A stretch of 64,000 nt of DNA from Octopus vulgaris (lineage: Eukaryota), in NCBI GenBank assembly GCA_951406725.2, contig OX597816.1, positions 91,636,001-91,700,000 of the forward strand, written 5' to 3'. The notes under the pieces are model-generated. The model saw nothing but the letters and a program-made list of their open reading frames with translations. It was not told the DNA's origin and ran no database searches. Made by a program: the position numbers and the translations under genes. How positions within the stretch are numbered: position 1 is the first letter of the stretch; every line of letters begins with the position of its first letter. This document shows positions 12,200 through 25,800 of the stretch, piece after piece.

Positions 12200-12671
12200 A
12201 CATTTGACAGATATTTGTCCTCATCTTGTTTGTTAACAAGTTTTGGCTGATGTACTCTCCAGCCTTCATCGGGTGTCTTAGGGGAATTTCGAACCTGGGT
12301 TCTCATTCCTAAGGTATTTTTCCGATATTATTATTCAGGTCACTACCGGGAATCAAACTTGGAATCTTGGGGTTAGTAACCTGCACTCGTGACCACAATG
12401 CCATATGCCCACAGTCATATGGCATAGTGGTTAGTAGCCCGCACTCATAACCACTATGGCATATGCCTGTGGGCATAGTGGTTATAAGTGCAGGCTACTA
12501 ACCCCAAGATTCCGAGTTTGATTCCCGGTAGTGACCTGAATAATAATATCGGAAAAATACCTTAGGAATGAGAACCCAGGTTCGAAATTCTCCCAAGACA
12601 CCTAATGAAAGCTGGAGAGTACATCAGCCAAAACTTGTTAAACAAGATGAGGACAAATATCTGTCTAATGT
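12200..12671. mobile_element. Head-to-head inverted pair of a tRNA-headed element with a hammerhead-like (Penelope-type) tail
   Basis: Arms 12200-12402 and 12472-12671 are reverse complements. A box TGGCATAGTGG and B box GAGTTTGATTCC (12514-12525). Tail CTAATGAA-AGCTG..CAGCC-AAAAC in the right arm and CCGATGAA-GGCTG..CAGCC-AAAAC in the left arm. Confidence 0.8.
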
Positions 12672-13037
12672 AAATAATTCCTCATCTCTCAAATATAGAA
12701 CTGTATTTTAAAAAATTAATAGTCCAAAAATAGCTTACAGTACTGATATAGAATGTTAAGAAAAAGCATCAGAAGTTACTGCATTGTTAATCATCTTTAC
12801 ACTTTTAAAATATTCTGTATTCATTAATAGCAATTACTTGATCAAAAATTTCAAAATCAAAAATTTCAAAAGGTGGGATATCAGAGAGTGTCCTAACAGG
12901 ATCTAAATTTCATGTGTTCTATATAACTCAAATTATTAAATAAAAAAAAAATTCTGAAATGTGTTACAGATATGGTTTCCTCCTGAAACATTGGGACATT
13001 TCCAAACAAACAACTAATAATTGCTTGTTTGTAAATT

Positions 13038-13222
13038 AGGTACAAGGCTGGCAGTTTTGAACAGAGAGAAGTCAGTTGATTACATCAACTCCTGTATTTC
13101 ACTGATACATTCTTTAACCAGCCCATAGGATTGAAAGGCAAAACTGACCTCAGAATGTAAAAACCAAAAAGAAATACAATGCATTTTGTCCAATCCTCTA
13201 ACCATTCTGCCAACTGACCACC
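13038..13222 (-). mobile_element. Old SINE related to type A (Nin/Deu-like domain)
   Basis: CCCATAGGATTGAAAGGCAAAACTGACCTCAGAATG .. ACCATTCTGCCAACTGACC resembles the reverse complement of type A. Confidence 0.6.
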
Positions 13223-14707
13223 CTGCAAACCACTAATCAAAAATCTTTGTGTCTAGTTCTGATTGTTGATGTATTTGCTATTGTTTCCAGCTATATCTAT
13301 TTTCAGGAAATTACAAATATATTTCATTTGAATTAGCAATAAGTAAAAAAAAAAAGAAAAAAAAAGAAAAAAGTATTTGGCCAGGAAGGAAACATGAAAA
13401 TGTAGACAGGAACTGAAATACAAACTATAAAAATTATAGATTTAGTTTCAAGATATGCATTCACAAGGTATAACTGATAGTAATGCACAGACCACAAATA
13501 TAAACATTAAGGTAATGCATGATATTGTACTAAAATTATAAGCCAAAATCTTGGTAATTATTCTTCGAACAATTTGATCAAGGGCTGTGTCCACAACCTT
13601 TGCAAGAATTTGAAAACTTGACAGCTACTAAACATCAGTGAAGTGATTTAAGAGGACTTATATGGAAGAATAACTGGGTCAAGCAATTGGGTTAAAAAGG
13701 CAAACAAAACAGATAAGAGGAGTCAGGTGTGCCTTAGTGGATATGGCATGAGACCAGCCAAATCAGAGGAGCTAAGGTCGTTGTAATACTGGCAGATAAG
13801 GTAGGATATGGGAAAAGGTTGGAGATAGTTAATGAGCAAGTTCATGCCAACCAGCCAGAGGCCTTTTTTCTTAACGCAGACTAATATACCTGTATATGTA
13901 ATAGCAACACTGACCCAGACATAGACCAGTGTTTCATTGTCTCAACTTCTATAGAATTAGTTACTCAAGAGGTGAAGCATTTTTTGGCCTTCAAAAATAA
14001 GGTAAGTTTTTGCTACCTTGAATATTGAAATTGCCAAGAGATATCAACAATGGAAAGGCATGGCATTTGTAGAGACACTGTAGGGTCTCATTGCATGCTG
14101 TCCATGTTTAGTGGGAGTACAACACTGTTTTTATCATGTGAATTTGTACTGTAGAAAGAAACATGGTTGACATGACCTACTGGAGTAGGTTTTCAATGTT
14201 TCTATTAATAGAGTCAACACAGTCTTGTTGAGGTGACTGGGTTGCATGTAGTTAATCCCTGTATGTGGAGAAGTGGAACATGGTATAAGAGTGAATGTTT
14301 TAAGCAGTGGCAAGTAGGTCATTGATGTACATACAGGCGGATAAGTATGAAAGATGAAACAAAACCTCAGGGCACACAAGGGCAGAGAGTTTGAGTCAGG
14401 TAGAGCTCTAGCAGCACATAATGAGATGATGCAATAAAAGTTATCAGGGTTATTGAAAAATGAAAAAAAAAAAAGTAATGATTACTACCCACAGCAAGCC
14501 ACTAAATATGTGGATCACCAAAAATATTTAAACCAGTTTCCCTTAAGCCAACAGTCCATTGCAGAGGTTCAGTAAATGCCAATTTGTTTTCCTCAAACTG
14601 CAAAGCATTGTTACTGATACTAATGATTCCAGCAATAAAAGAAAAATTTTAGAGTTGGAAACAATGCTTTGCAGTATTCATTTTGGTTCTTTATATTTTA
14701 TAATGCA

Positions 14708-15092
14708 GACATGGCAGTGCAGTTGTGAAGCTTGCTTTCCCACCATATGGTTTCAGGTTCAGTCCCACTGTACAACACCTTCAGCAAATGTCTTCTCTGA
14801 GCCTGAGCCAACAAAGATATGGGAGTGAATTTGGTAGACAGACACTGAAAGAAACTGGCAACCTGGGCATGTGTGTGTGCACCTGCGTACCCCTGTCTTG
14901 ATATGATGTGATGGTTGTAAATGAATGCCACCATCATACAAGTGATGTTAATTTCATGTTTGTAGTGAAAAGACATGTCTGGCATGGGAAAATATTTTAC
15001 TAGTAAACAAGTGATGATTGGTGAATCTGCCTTAAATTCTGACTAACCCATGCAAGCATCACAAAGCTGATGTTGAAATGACAACAACAATG
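14708..15092 (+). mobile_element. SINE with type B tRNA/CORE head and RTE-derived tail
   Basis: Head GACATGGCAGTGCAGTTGTGAAGCTTGCTT..GGTTCAGTCCCACTG. Tail AACCCATGCAAGCAT..GATGTTGAAATGAC matches the RTE terminus. Confidence 0.7.
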
Positions 15093-15654
15093 ATTCCAAG
15101 CATTTACATACACATGGCTTAAATCTCATTTTGTGCAACTGTTCCAGAATGAAAACATGTTAGATAGGCACAAGTTTGAAATTGATAAAGCTTTATGACT
15201 GAACCGAGGTGGAAAACAACAAAACAGGGAAACAACAAAAGATGGCCACCTGTAAACATAAAAATGTTGACTGTTATAAGAATAGCAAGAATGCAAGAGG
15301 TGGCATATCAACAATTTAAAGAAATGTCCACAAGTTTTCAATCACGAGTTACAATTAACATATGGAACAGTTTAAAGATATAGCTCTGAGAATTGCAAAT
15401 TTAGGAAGACACCTAAGTCATATTGGACCATACTAAGTCCAGGTATGAATCTATACAGTTCATTGCAATAAGAAAAAATTATAATATACCAATCCTAAAT
15501 GCACAAGAACAGGTGTCAAAACATTCAGTAGACTGTCTAAATGAAACTCTCAACATCTTTAAAAAACCAGACATGTATCTCTTCAATTGAGAGGTCTACA
15601 ATTATCTGCTACAATATTATTCTTGGAAAAAAAGAAAAATCATCTCCACTTCAA

Positions 15655-15953
15655 ACATGGCTGTGTGGTAAAAGGTTTGCTTCCCAGCCACATGAGTTCA
15701 GTCCCATTGTGTGGTACGATGGGCAATTGTCTTCTACTATAGCCTTGGGCTGACAAAAAAACCCTGAGTTAATTTAGTAGATAGAAACTGGAAGAAACTC
15801 ACCAAGTATGTGGTGGTGTCCTTGACAACTGCTGTTGGTTCATTTACAATGCCATAAGTTAGTGGGGTTTGGCAAAAGGGATTGACAGAATATGTACAAG
15901 GCTTAAAAATAAGAACTGGTTTTGATTTGTCCAGCTAAATCCTTCAAGGCGAT
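15655..15953 (+). mobile_element. SINE type B, degenerate
   Basis: ACATGGCTGTGTGGTAAAAGGTTTGCTTCC..GAGTTCAGTCCC..TCTTCTACTATAGCCTTGGGCTGAC. Confidence 0.75.
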
Positions 15954-18900
15954 GTAAAGATACAATGCCTAACCCTGAATACATTTAGAATCCGAAGAAA
16001 CTGCCTTATTCTAAGATTCTATCTGAGAAGATGCAAGGTATTTATGATTGCAATAACATTATAAGAGTCAGCATTCAACAATAATACTAGGCATAAATGT
16101 CACACCAAAGTAAGATCCCATGCACTTTTAATAACATCTATTAAAAAGAGGAGGGGGCAAAAAGAATTCTAAAGATAAGATTAAAGCTTAATCAGAGGTA
16201 AACAATAAAGACATACATGTCACAACATAGCTTCATCCTCATCATGGTGTAAAAATGACAATTATAAGACAATGCAGGATAAAGATTCTTTTACAAACAA
16301 AAACCTCAGCGAAGGTCATGGAAAATAAAGAGGTTGTGAATACAGTACTGAGTTCAGCAAGATACAGTTAAATTATTGAAATCAAACAGCACACTGACAT
16401 GAATTTAAGTTACATGTTGCTGGCAGAGTGAATAAATAATATAAGAAACCTACATAAATAAAGGTATTTGACTTTAATCCCTGTCTGGGGTGTCTGTTGA
16501 TGAATGCAGATTAAAGTGAAATGTTGCATGTTACAATAAATGTTTAAATTAAAACACAGAAAAAAAAAAAAGATTAACTTGTTTTGTTAGGCATCGACTC
16601 ATCTACAAAATAACTAGGTATATAATAAGTTATATGCATTTACTTCAGTATATTTCAATTCTGACTTAACCTTTATTTCCAACTGGTGGTGGTTTGATTT
16701 TATTATTTTAATAACATGATTGGAGGTGGAGTGAACCTACCCAACATAAAAATCTCTGGCTTCATAAATATCTAAATACTAGAGTATTGTGTTCAAAAGT
16801 TACCTGATACTAGATGAAGCATGGTGATGGTAATACAAGTTCAATTTTAGACTAGATACCCGAGTATATTTTAACAAAAAGCATCCTTCCTATAATAACC
16901 AATTATCATTTGTTTTCAACATTGAGAACATAAGCTTACCTAACAATGTAATGAACAAATTTTAAGTAACATGTACACTATCAAAACCTCTACCATAAAA
17001 ATTCCACTTTTATTGACCTTAACTTAGAAAAACTCTTCTTTTTTTTTTATCAACAGCCTACACGTACATCTGCACATAATTATATACAAATTAAGAGATC
17101 TGTACCAGAAAAAAGCCAACGAAGTATCTTTATGCAGGAAAAGTAATCACCCATGAAATGTGTGTGTGTGTGCATGATTCCATATTTTATATATATATAT
17201 ATAAACACCAAAGTATATGAAAAGAGTAGAGGTAATTATAATAATGAGATTGAAAACTTTGGAAAACAAATTCAGTAAGGGATTCAGTGCAATGAAAAAC
17301 TACAGTTAACAATATCTTTACTGTGCTCAGTAATAAAACCACACGTGCACATAGCCAATACCAGAGGGAAAGAGTAAGGCTGCTAATAAGTTTTATAAAG
17401 CATCTTTTTCTTCATTTGAAGAAGAGAATTTGTACAATATTGTACATGAGGGAGAGAAAGAAGTTATTGCAAAACCACCAACTTTAAGAGATTAAATAGT
17501 GCAAGACTGTATGAACTAAGTGATTGAAAGTCAACTAAGTAAATTGCTAGAGTAAGCGGAAAGCAGGTGTAAATACCCAGGGCAAGTTATTTTAGACTTA
17601 CGCCTTTTAGACTTTGGTTGAAACATCTTGAAGGAAATGCTCCAGTTCTAATTCATTAAAAACAGCCAAGGATTTGTTGTAATATAAGCAGCCAACACCT
17701 GCTGATGAGGTCCACAGATTAGGCACTCATTCCAGTCAAAGACCAGAATCCTATCAGAATAATATTTTCAGTTAATTTTTTTTTTCAAAAGAGAAAAAAA
17801 AGCAACAATAAAACAGTATAGGGAGAGAGATAGAGAAACTGTTCAATTAATGTTTATAAAATCTTCTAAGTTAATGGATACATATGAGTTATCAAAAGAT
17901 GGTTACCATCTTTGAAAATAAAATGAACTTGCAAAATACACTAATGTATATAGCTTGAGAGATGTCTCCACCACATCCTACAAAGGTTCTGTGCTGGAAA
18001 TTAGGTATAAATTATAGGGTCACTGGCAAATTCATATAAACTGCAACTGGCTTTATATTTTAACAAAGTGTGCAATACATTAGATCCAGTTCCAGGTTAT
18101 TATACAGCTGTGCTTTTAAGCCTTGAAACTAAGTTTTGTGCAATAATATTGCTTGAAAAAGGAGAAAAAATAAAAACAAAACAATTATAAACTTGCATAC
18201 TATAGTGAGGATTTGGTTTTGAAGACATTAACTACAAAAGCAAGCAAAAAGCATTTATCAAAAGAAAAACAGGTGATAAGCAAAAGTAAAAACAAAAATA
18301 TCTCCTTTGTGTTTCTAAAATAAATGGAAAATTCAATTGCTATTTAATAGAAATTAATAAAAATAATCAAGTCCTACTGTCCTGTATTGGTTTCAAATCA
18401 GTTTTTATTTATCCTCACAGTAAGTACAAAATTCTTTCAAAACGTTTCTGGTGGTGCCTATTTATATGTCACATATTTCAAATACTGTATTTAAAATATA
18501 CTAAAATATACTGTTCAATTAAACAACTGTAGACAAAAAAAAAAAATACTGCTTCAACTGATTCTGCATAAATAAACAGAAAGTGGGTATTTACTTGCCT
18601 TTTACTTATTCTAGCTATTTTTCAACTTCACAGTACATATAATCTTTTAAATGATCTCAAAAGTAGTTCTTCAAATGCTACACAATGCATAAATCTCATA
18701 ACAATTTTAAAATCCCAAATTATTTAATACTCTAGAATCACAATAGATTCTTAAAGTAACTATCAATAGAGAAAAGGAAGGAATTTAAAATTCACATGAA
18801 CATTTCTCAATTCATTATTGCTACAATTGAACAAGTAAGAGAATATGATTTTTTTTTTTCTTTTATTTCTTCTTAATCTTCAAAACTAGAAATTACATCA

Positions 18901-21099
18901 AAATCCTAAATTTATATCATCTTTAAAGATGAAGAGACTGTGATTTGAATGCCAAATAATGATAAAATTTCTAATTCCACTCAACAACATGGTTACAATT
19001 AGACAGTAACATGTACAGAGGCTACAATGTTTAATAGGCCTCTCATGATCTTACTACACAGCTGCTATCTAGCATTAACTATCCACAGATATAGACTCCT
19101 CATATTATAACCTATGAGTATCCATTAAAAGCAGAATAGTAAAGAAAGATGTAGCTAAACACAACTATATAATCGTTGCCAGCATGGAAAACTATACAGA
19201 CTGGATTTATCTACTTCTTTAGTTTCAAAGTATTCCATCTGCTGTTTTTCTCAACATATCATCCAATATAAATGACTTATCCTACATAAATATTGGAAAA
19301 CTTATCTCTTAACACTATTTTTCTGATGAACCATAATTGCAAACAGTACAAAGATGATGTCTGGTGTATAAAAGGATTCTAATTATTATTTTAGCTATAT
19401 ACAGCATGTGTAAAGAAATGAACATAGCCAGCTATGACATTGCAAATATACAACTATGTTACAAAAATATATATTTATTTCATTTACCAAATAGAACAAA
19501 ATTGAATAATTAATGACAACTTCCTGAACAAAGAGAAATGCAAATAGTGGATTTAATGCAATTAAAAATAGAGGAAATGTATAGTAGATAATATTAATGA
19601 CCCCTTATACCATAAGTTCAAATCCCTCAACAGATTCTACTAAGCTAAAATCTCATGCAATTATCTGCTCAAAACATTTGAATTGTATTAGAAAAATGCC
19701 TAATTCTTGAAACACTAGCAGAAAACTTCTGGACATGCTCAAAAGGGAAAATAAATGCAATAAAAGAGATCAATGTTAAAATTCCCTTAAAACGTTAAAC
19801 CTTCATCCTGAGAAGTACACTACAGTAAAATATATTTACATAGATCATAAGCTACTAGTTTAATATATCCCACCAAAATGAAGTAAAATAGTTTTAACAG
19901 AACAACAAATATTAGCTTAGTGGAGGGTAAGTGTGTTAGCATGTTATACAAACAGTAAACTGTATCAATTTATGTGGAGAGGTTAAAAATAAAACAGTGA
20001 GTACAATTTGGGTATGAAGACTAAAGATACTTCTGATAATAGATAATTACCTATTTTTGAAGTGATCTAATTGGTGCTACTAATTACTCAGGGGTATTCC
20101 AAAACAAGTAGAAAACTTGCAATTTAAGATGAGTAATCTAATAGTATTTTGAAGGATAGACTGGATCTGGACAAGAAATAGTTGGGAAATTAAAAGAATT
20201 AGGTGTGGTTAGTTAAAATAAAAATATCAGGCTTTTTTTTTACCTTCTTAAACTTTTATTCAGGAGAGAATGCAGTACCCCTGAGCTGTTAGAGGGCCTC
20301 AGAGACTGATACAAGGGAAGATTATGTGATTAGAAATAATAATTGACTTAAAAGTAAATGAAAAAACGAATACGATTGATATAGGTTCTCACATATGACA
20401 AAGATCTTTAAGCGAGATAATTCATGCAATCAGGAAACAAAACCTCCCTCTATGAAGTGTTTACAATCTAAAGCAAAGAGGTGAAGTTTTAGGAAAATAA
20501 AATGATACAGATTGGGGAAAGTAACAAACATGTCTTAATAGATCACAGTGAAACATTTTACTAGTTGGCTATGTATGTGAGTGTGTGTGTGTGAAATTAG
20601 GAAATGATCCAACTATAAATATCAACAAAATAGATGAAATTATCTCCAGGGAACATTCTACATACTAAATATACATATCGTAAGATACCATATGTCTAAT
20701 ACATCTTACATTGTGTACTACAATGAGTGGAAAACTTCAGCCAACTGAAACTGTTTTCATATACACTTATCTCTTCTAAGTCTTGCCAACTGAATATGCT
20801 TCGCTGAGGAGATTTAATACGACCAAAACATATTCACTGCTCTCACCAATTGGTTTTTGAATACAAAACCCTATTACCACTTCTATCTACCTCATAATTT
20901 TAATTTAACTGAATTTATTGGAGTTACCTCCCTTGTATTCCCCACCCACCCAAGAGGAAGTACTGTTGACTGACTGTGTGACTATATATATTTAGTATGC
21001 AGAATGTTCCCCTGATGAACTTCTCCGTGGCTATATTGTTGATATATCAAAGTAGGTGTGACGATATAAGTAAACAATATAATCAAAGGTTGGATGAGT

Positions 21100-21790
21100 T
21101 TGCCAACTGATACAAAGCAAAGCAGTTAGTTATGGTGAAATGGCAGATCACTTCCAAACAGTTGCTCATTACTTTTATGCATTAAGTCTGCACTATCAGA
21201 CTAACTGAAATCATTCAATAACACAATGGTAGTAGAAAACAATTTTTTTTTATTTTTGCTTTTTAGATAAGTCAGTCAAAAGTGGAAAGGGAAGTGCCAA
21301 TGACCTGTGCAGACCCTCCCAGACAGGTGAGATTGATGCAGCTGATACTCAGCCAAAATGACTACAGGAAAAAGATAAGTAAAGGATATCAGTTGGCCTA
21401 GTTCAAAATACTAACAAGAATAAATTCTGTAAAAGACATCAAAGGATCAGATAATGGTCTTAAACGTGCTAGCAAAAGACAACTGCCTGGCCTCAAAATG
21501 AGAAATGTCTAAAAGTTTCATTTATAACAATGTTTATTTACATTTATAATTTTGAAATTCTAGAAATGATAGAAGACAATTACAAAATAGTGATTATAAA
21601 ATATGAAAGCAAATATATTTGCAACAATCTTTCTCAAGTTAATTAGAAATGAAGTTTATTCCTAAAACCCTAGTAAAAACAAAAGATTTTTTATGCAAAA
21701 TTCAATTATACTTATGTGATCAGTGAAGTAGAAAAACAAAAGCCTGATCTATGTGAAGTTTTTCCAAATGTTGAAGTTGTATAGAATTTA
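21100..21790 (+). pseudogene. Possible decayed hAT transposase C-terminal remnant
   Basis: About 21743-21790 reads PDLCEVFPNVEVV*NL, like the FPNVEIALRI motif before the hAT dimerisation domain. The rest is not readable by eye. Confidence 0.35.
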
Positions 21791-22824
21791 TGATGGAGTC
21801 CAAAATAAACTAATATTTACATAAGCTGCAATTTGTTTGTATATAAACAAGGATAAAATAACCAAAGCATCAGTTCATTACATAAAATTTTGAAGAGTAT
21901 TGGTACACACAAGAACATGTGCACCCACTCTCTTCACGGGTTTGGTTCAGTGAGCTTATATAGAGAATATCTCTAAAAAATATAGTACATATGAAGGACA
22001 AAACATTATGTAATTGGCTAAACAGAGATTTGCAGGAATGCAGAATTGGATAAATTTTTGACGGGGAAATTAGTAAGAAATAGTTTTCAATTAGGAACCT
22101 TGAAAGAGTGACACAAAATTACATCTTGTTCCTATTAGTGCAAGCTGTTGTATGCTAAATCTTTGTACCTTAATGATAGGCAGTGAATAAGGTAGCAGAG
22201 CCATGACTTGTGGAATTTATCTTTCCATTCAATTACTTTGCACAAATTTGAAATGTCTAATGGAGATAAAATCAGGTGGCAATAAAAGTTACAGTTTTTG
22301 ATTTCTTTAATTTACTGCAAATGTTTACTAACTCTACTGAGTGGTAAGAGAAGTACAAAGCCTCCGATTGGCATTAAATGGGCAGATCTTTAAAAACAAA
22401 TCAATTCCATTCTAATCCCGACTATAATAGTATACTTGACTCCTAACATCATAAATTCAAATCATTTAGCTAACAATGTTTCTTAACTGAGTTTCATTAT
22501 TCTATATATTGAAAATGACAATACTCCCCTCACAGTTGAATAGTGAGAGAAAGCTACCTTCTAAAATTTCTTGTTCCTACATTTCTGTTGTTTAACCCTA
22601 TGACAGCCTTCAACAAACCTATAACTAAAAGCATCCCAGTGGTGGCTGGCTAATCTTTTCACAGGTATCTAAAAATAAAACAGGATCTGTGGGAAAGATT
22701 TTGTTATAGGAAGAGCTGATGTAGTAAACTACGTCTAGTGGAAGAAATACTAAGTAGTTTAATAGTTTCACAGGCACAGTATATAATCGGTAAATATTTA
22801 AAATTCATTTTTATTGTTTTAAGT

Positions 22825-25800
22825 GCAGGCATGGCTATGTGTAAACAGGGTATTGTTTCCACCTAGTCTAGGGTAAGTATATACTATACTCTCAGGCCAA
22901 CAAAAGCCTTGAGTAGATTTGGTAGACAGAAACTGAAAGAAATGTGTGAGTGAGTTCACATTTCCCTCATCTTCACATATATGAACATCATCATTATCAT
23001 CGTTTAACATGTTTTCCATGCTGGTATGGGCTGGATGGCTCAACTGGGGTCTGGAAAGCTAGGATGCTGCACCAGGCCCCAATCTAATCTGGCAGTGTTT
23101 CTACAGCTGGATGCCCTTCCTAACGCCAACCATTCCGAAAGTGTAGTGAGTGCTTTTTATGTGCCACTGGCATAGGGGCCAGAGGAGCTGGCATTGACCA
23201 CGATCAGATGGTGCTTTTTACATGCCACCAGCACAAAGGCTAGAGGAGCAGGCATCGACCATGATCTGATGGTGTCTTTTATGTGCCACTGGCACAGAAG
23301 CTAATCAAAGCGACACTGGCATTGGCCACGTTCAGATGGTGCTTTTTACGTGCTACAAGCACGGGGCTCACAACTACAATTTCGATTCGATTTGATTTGA
23401 TTTTGATATTGCTGTTGATGTACTTAACACAATAGGTCTCCTCAAGCATGGTATGTTGATCTACAATCCAAGGTACTTTTGAGTAGGCTGGTTATGCGAC
23501 ACTGGTGTAGGTTACAGCTGTGGACTCACTTTATTTGCTGGGTCTTTTCAGTCACAGCATACCTCCTGAGGCCACGGTCTTTCATCCATCCACAGTACAT
23601 GACCATACCAATGCAAATGCCTCTCCTGCACGCCACATCCGATGCTTTTTATGTCTAACATTTCTCTCAGGGCACTTACACTGTCGTGTGTGCACACTAA
23701 CTTTACACATCCAGCAGATTATACTGGCTTCATTTCTTTCAAGCCTACACATGTCTTCAACAGTCATGGCCCATGTTTCACTGCCATGAAGCATAGCAGT
23801 TCCCACACATGCATCATACAATCTACCTTTCACTCTAAGCAAGAGGCCCTTTGTCACCATTAGGGGTAGAAGCTTTCTGAACTTAGTCCAGGCTATTCTT
23901 AATCTAGTGGCAACACTTTCTGATCATCCACTCCCACTACTAACTTGGTCACCTAGGTAGCGGAAGCTATCAACTGCTTCTAGTTTCCCTGGCATGTGAT
24001 GGAGTCTGTTTTCTGAGAATCTGTGGTGTTTCTTGCCTCAGTGCATCTGCTGCATATGAAAGCTATCTTCTCGGTTAATCTTCCTTTGCTGTTGCTGTAC
24101 CTCCTATGTGTCCATAGCTTACACTGGGTACATCTTATGGAGTTTCTGTCTACACCATTTCTACAGATCGAACAGAACCACCTACCTGAAGGGGTGTGTG
24201 ATGTGTTCACCTTCCTACTTACTAGAACTTTGGTCTTTGCAACATTGACTCTAAGGCCCTTCGATTCTAAACCTTGCTTCCACACTTGAAGTTTCTTCAG
24301 TTCTGGTAGTGATTCAGCATAGAGGAGTTCCCACTGGCAACCTGTCTTGAATTCCTGTTATTGCTTGGAGAACTATGATGAATAAGAGGGGGCTGATCCT
24401 TTGTGGACCCCTACTTCTACCTGGAATTCTTCACTATACTCATTTCCAATCCTAACCCTACTAACGGCATCTCTGTATAGGGCCTGTACAGCCCTTATTA
24501 ACCATTCGCCAATCCCCAGTTTTCGCATTGCCCACCAGATAAGGAATTGGGGGACCCTGCCAAAGGCTTTCTCCAAGTCCACAAAAGCCAAATACAGGGG
24601 TTTATCTTTGGCTAGGTATTTCTCCTGCAGTTGCCTTACCAAGAATATAGCATCAGTGGTGCTTCTACCTAGCACAAAACTGAACTGCATCTCCTCTAAG
24701 CAGACTCTCCCTAATTAGTTGGGCTATGACCCTCTCCACAACCTTCATCACCTGATCCAGTAGTTATTTTTATCTAAAGCATCATTTTTACCTTTGTAGC
24801 AGTTGACTACAGTGCTGCTACACCATTCATTGGGTATGACTCCATCGTGAACTACCTGGTTTACAATACAGGTGGGTGACTAAGCCATAGCCCACACCAC
24901 CAGATGTTTTAAGCATCTCAGCAGTGATTCCTAATGGGCCAAGGACTTTTCCTGGCTTCATATCCTTAATTGCTTCATCTACCAGAGTGCTGTATATTCG
25001 GATAGCTGGTCCCTCTACTAGATCAACATTTGGCAGGCTCTCCTCCTCCCATTCATTCTCTATGTTCAACAGTCTTTCATAATGGCTCCTCCAAGCCTCT
25101 TTCTTTTCCAAATCACTAAAAGCAAGTGCACCATCATCCATATGGACACATTTCTCTCCTGTGATATCACAATTTTCCCTCACACACTGTCTTGTAAGCC
25201 AGAATACTTCAGTTCTTTGGTCCTCACATTGCTGGACATTGGCAAAGTTCTTTTCTGCTTCGGACTTTTCACTATCTGTAGACTTGGTCTGTGGCACTTA
25301 GTAAGCTGTCCTGTAAGAATTTCCAGCTACCTTCTATGTCTAAAGACTGTAGTTCCTCCTCTCTCTCATCAAATTTCTTGATGAGGATGTCCCTAAATCT
25401 GATCATCTGAAGGGTTCTTTAGACTCCAAATCCTTCTCTTCTGGATTGGTCTGCTTCTTGGCACCCTCCTGGTCTCGAGTAGAAAGTTACTAATGACTAG
25501 TCGATGCTTGGGGGGGGGGGGCATACCTCACCTGGGAGGCTCTTTGTATTTAAGAGCAACTCTGCATCCTGCTGTCTGATGAAGATGAAATCAATCTGGC
25601 TAGCAGATTCCCCTGATTGATAGGTTATCAAGTAGCTGTTTGGCTTCCTGAACTTAGAGTTGCAGATTAAAATGTTACATGCATCACAGAACTCCAGTAA
25701 CCTAGTTCCCTCATCAGTCTGGGAACCAATACCATGGTCCCCATGAACACCAGTGAAGATACTGGGTTTCCGTCCAACATGCCCAAATCTCCAGCCACAA

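Noticed and set aside
12472-12540. Functional tRNA gene
   Set aside because: The B box is mutated, there is no proper acceptor stem or T-run terminator, and it is fused to a repeat tail. It is a SINE-type head, and the same applies to the other SINE heads.
17698-17758. Hammerhead candidate CTGATGA-GGTC...GACC-AGAA
   Set aside because: GAAA is replaced by AGAA and stems I and III are unconvincing. It could be a decayed copy but is not supportable.
20770-21080. CTGAGGA and CTGATGAA words with a nearby inverted repeat
   Set aside because: No matching stem II plus GAAA plus NUH arrangement.
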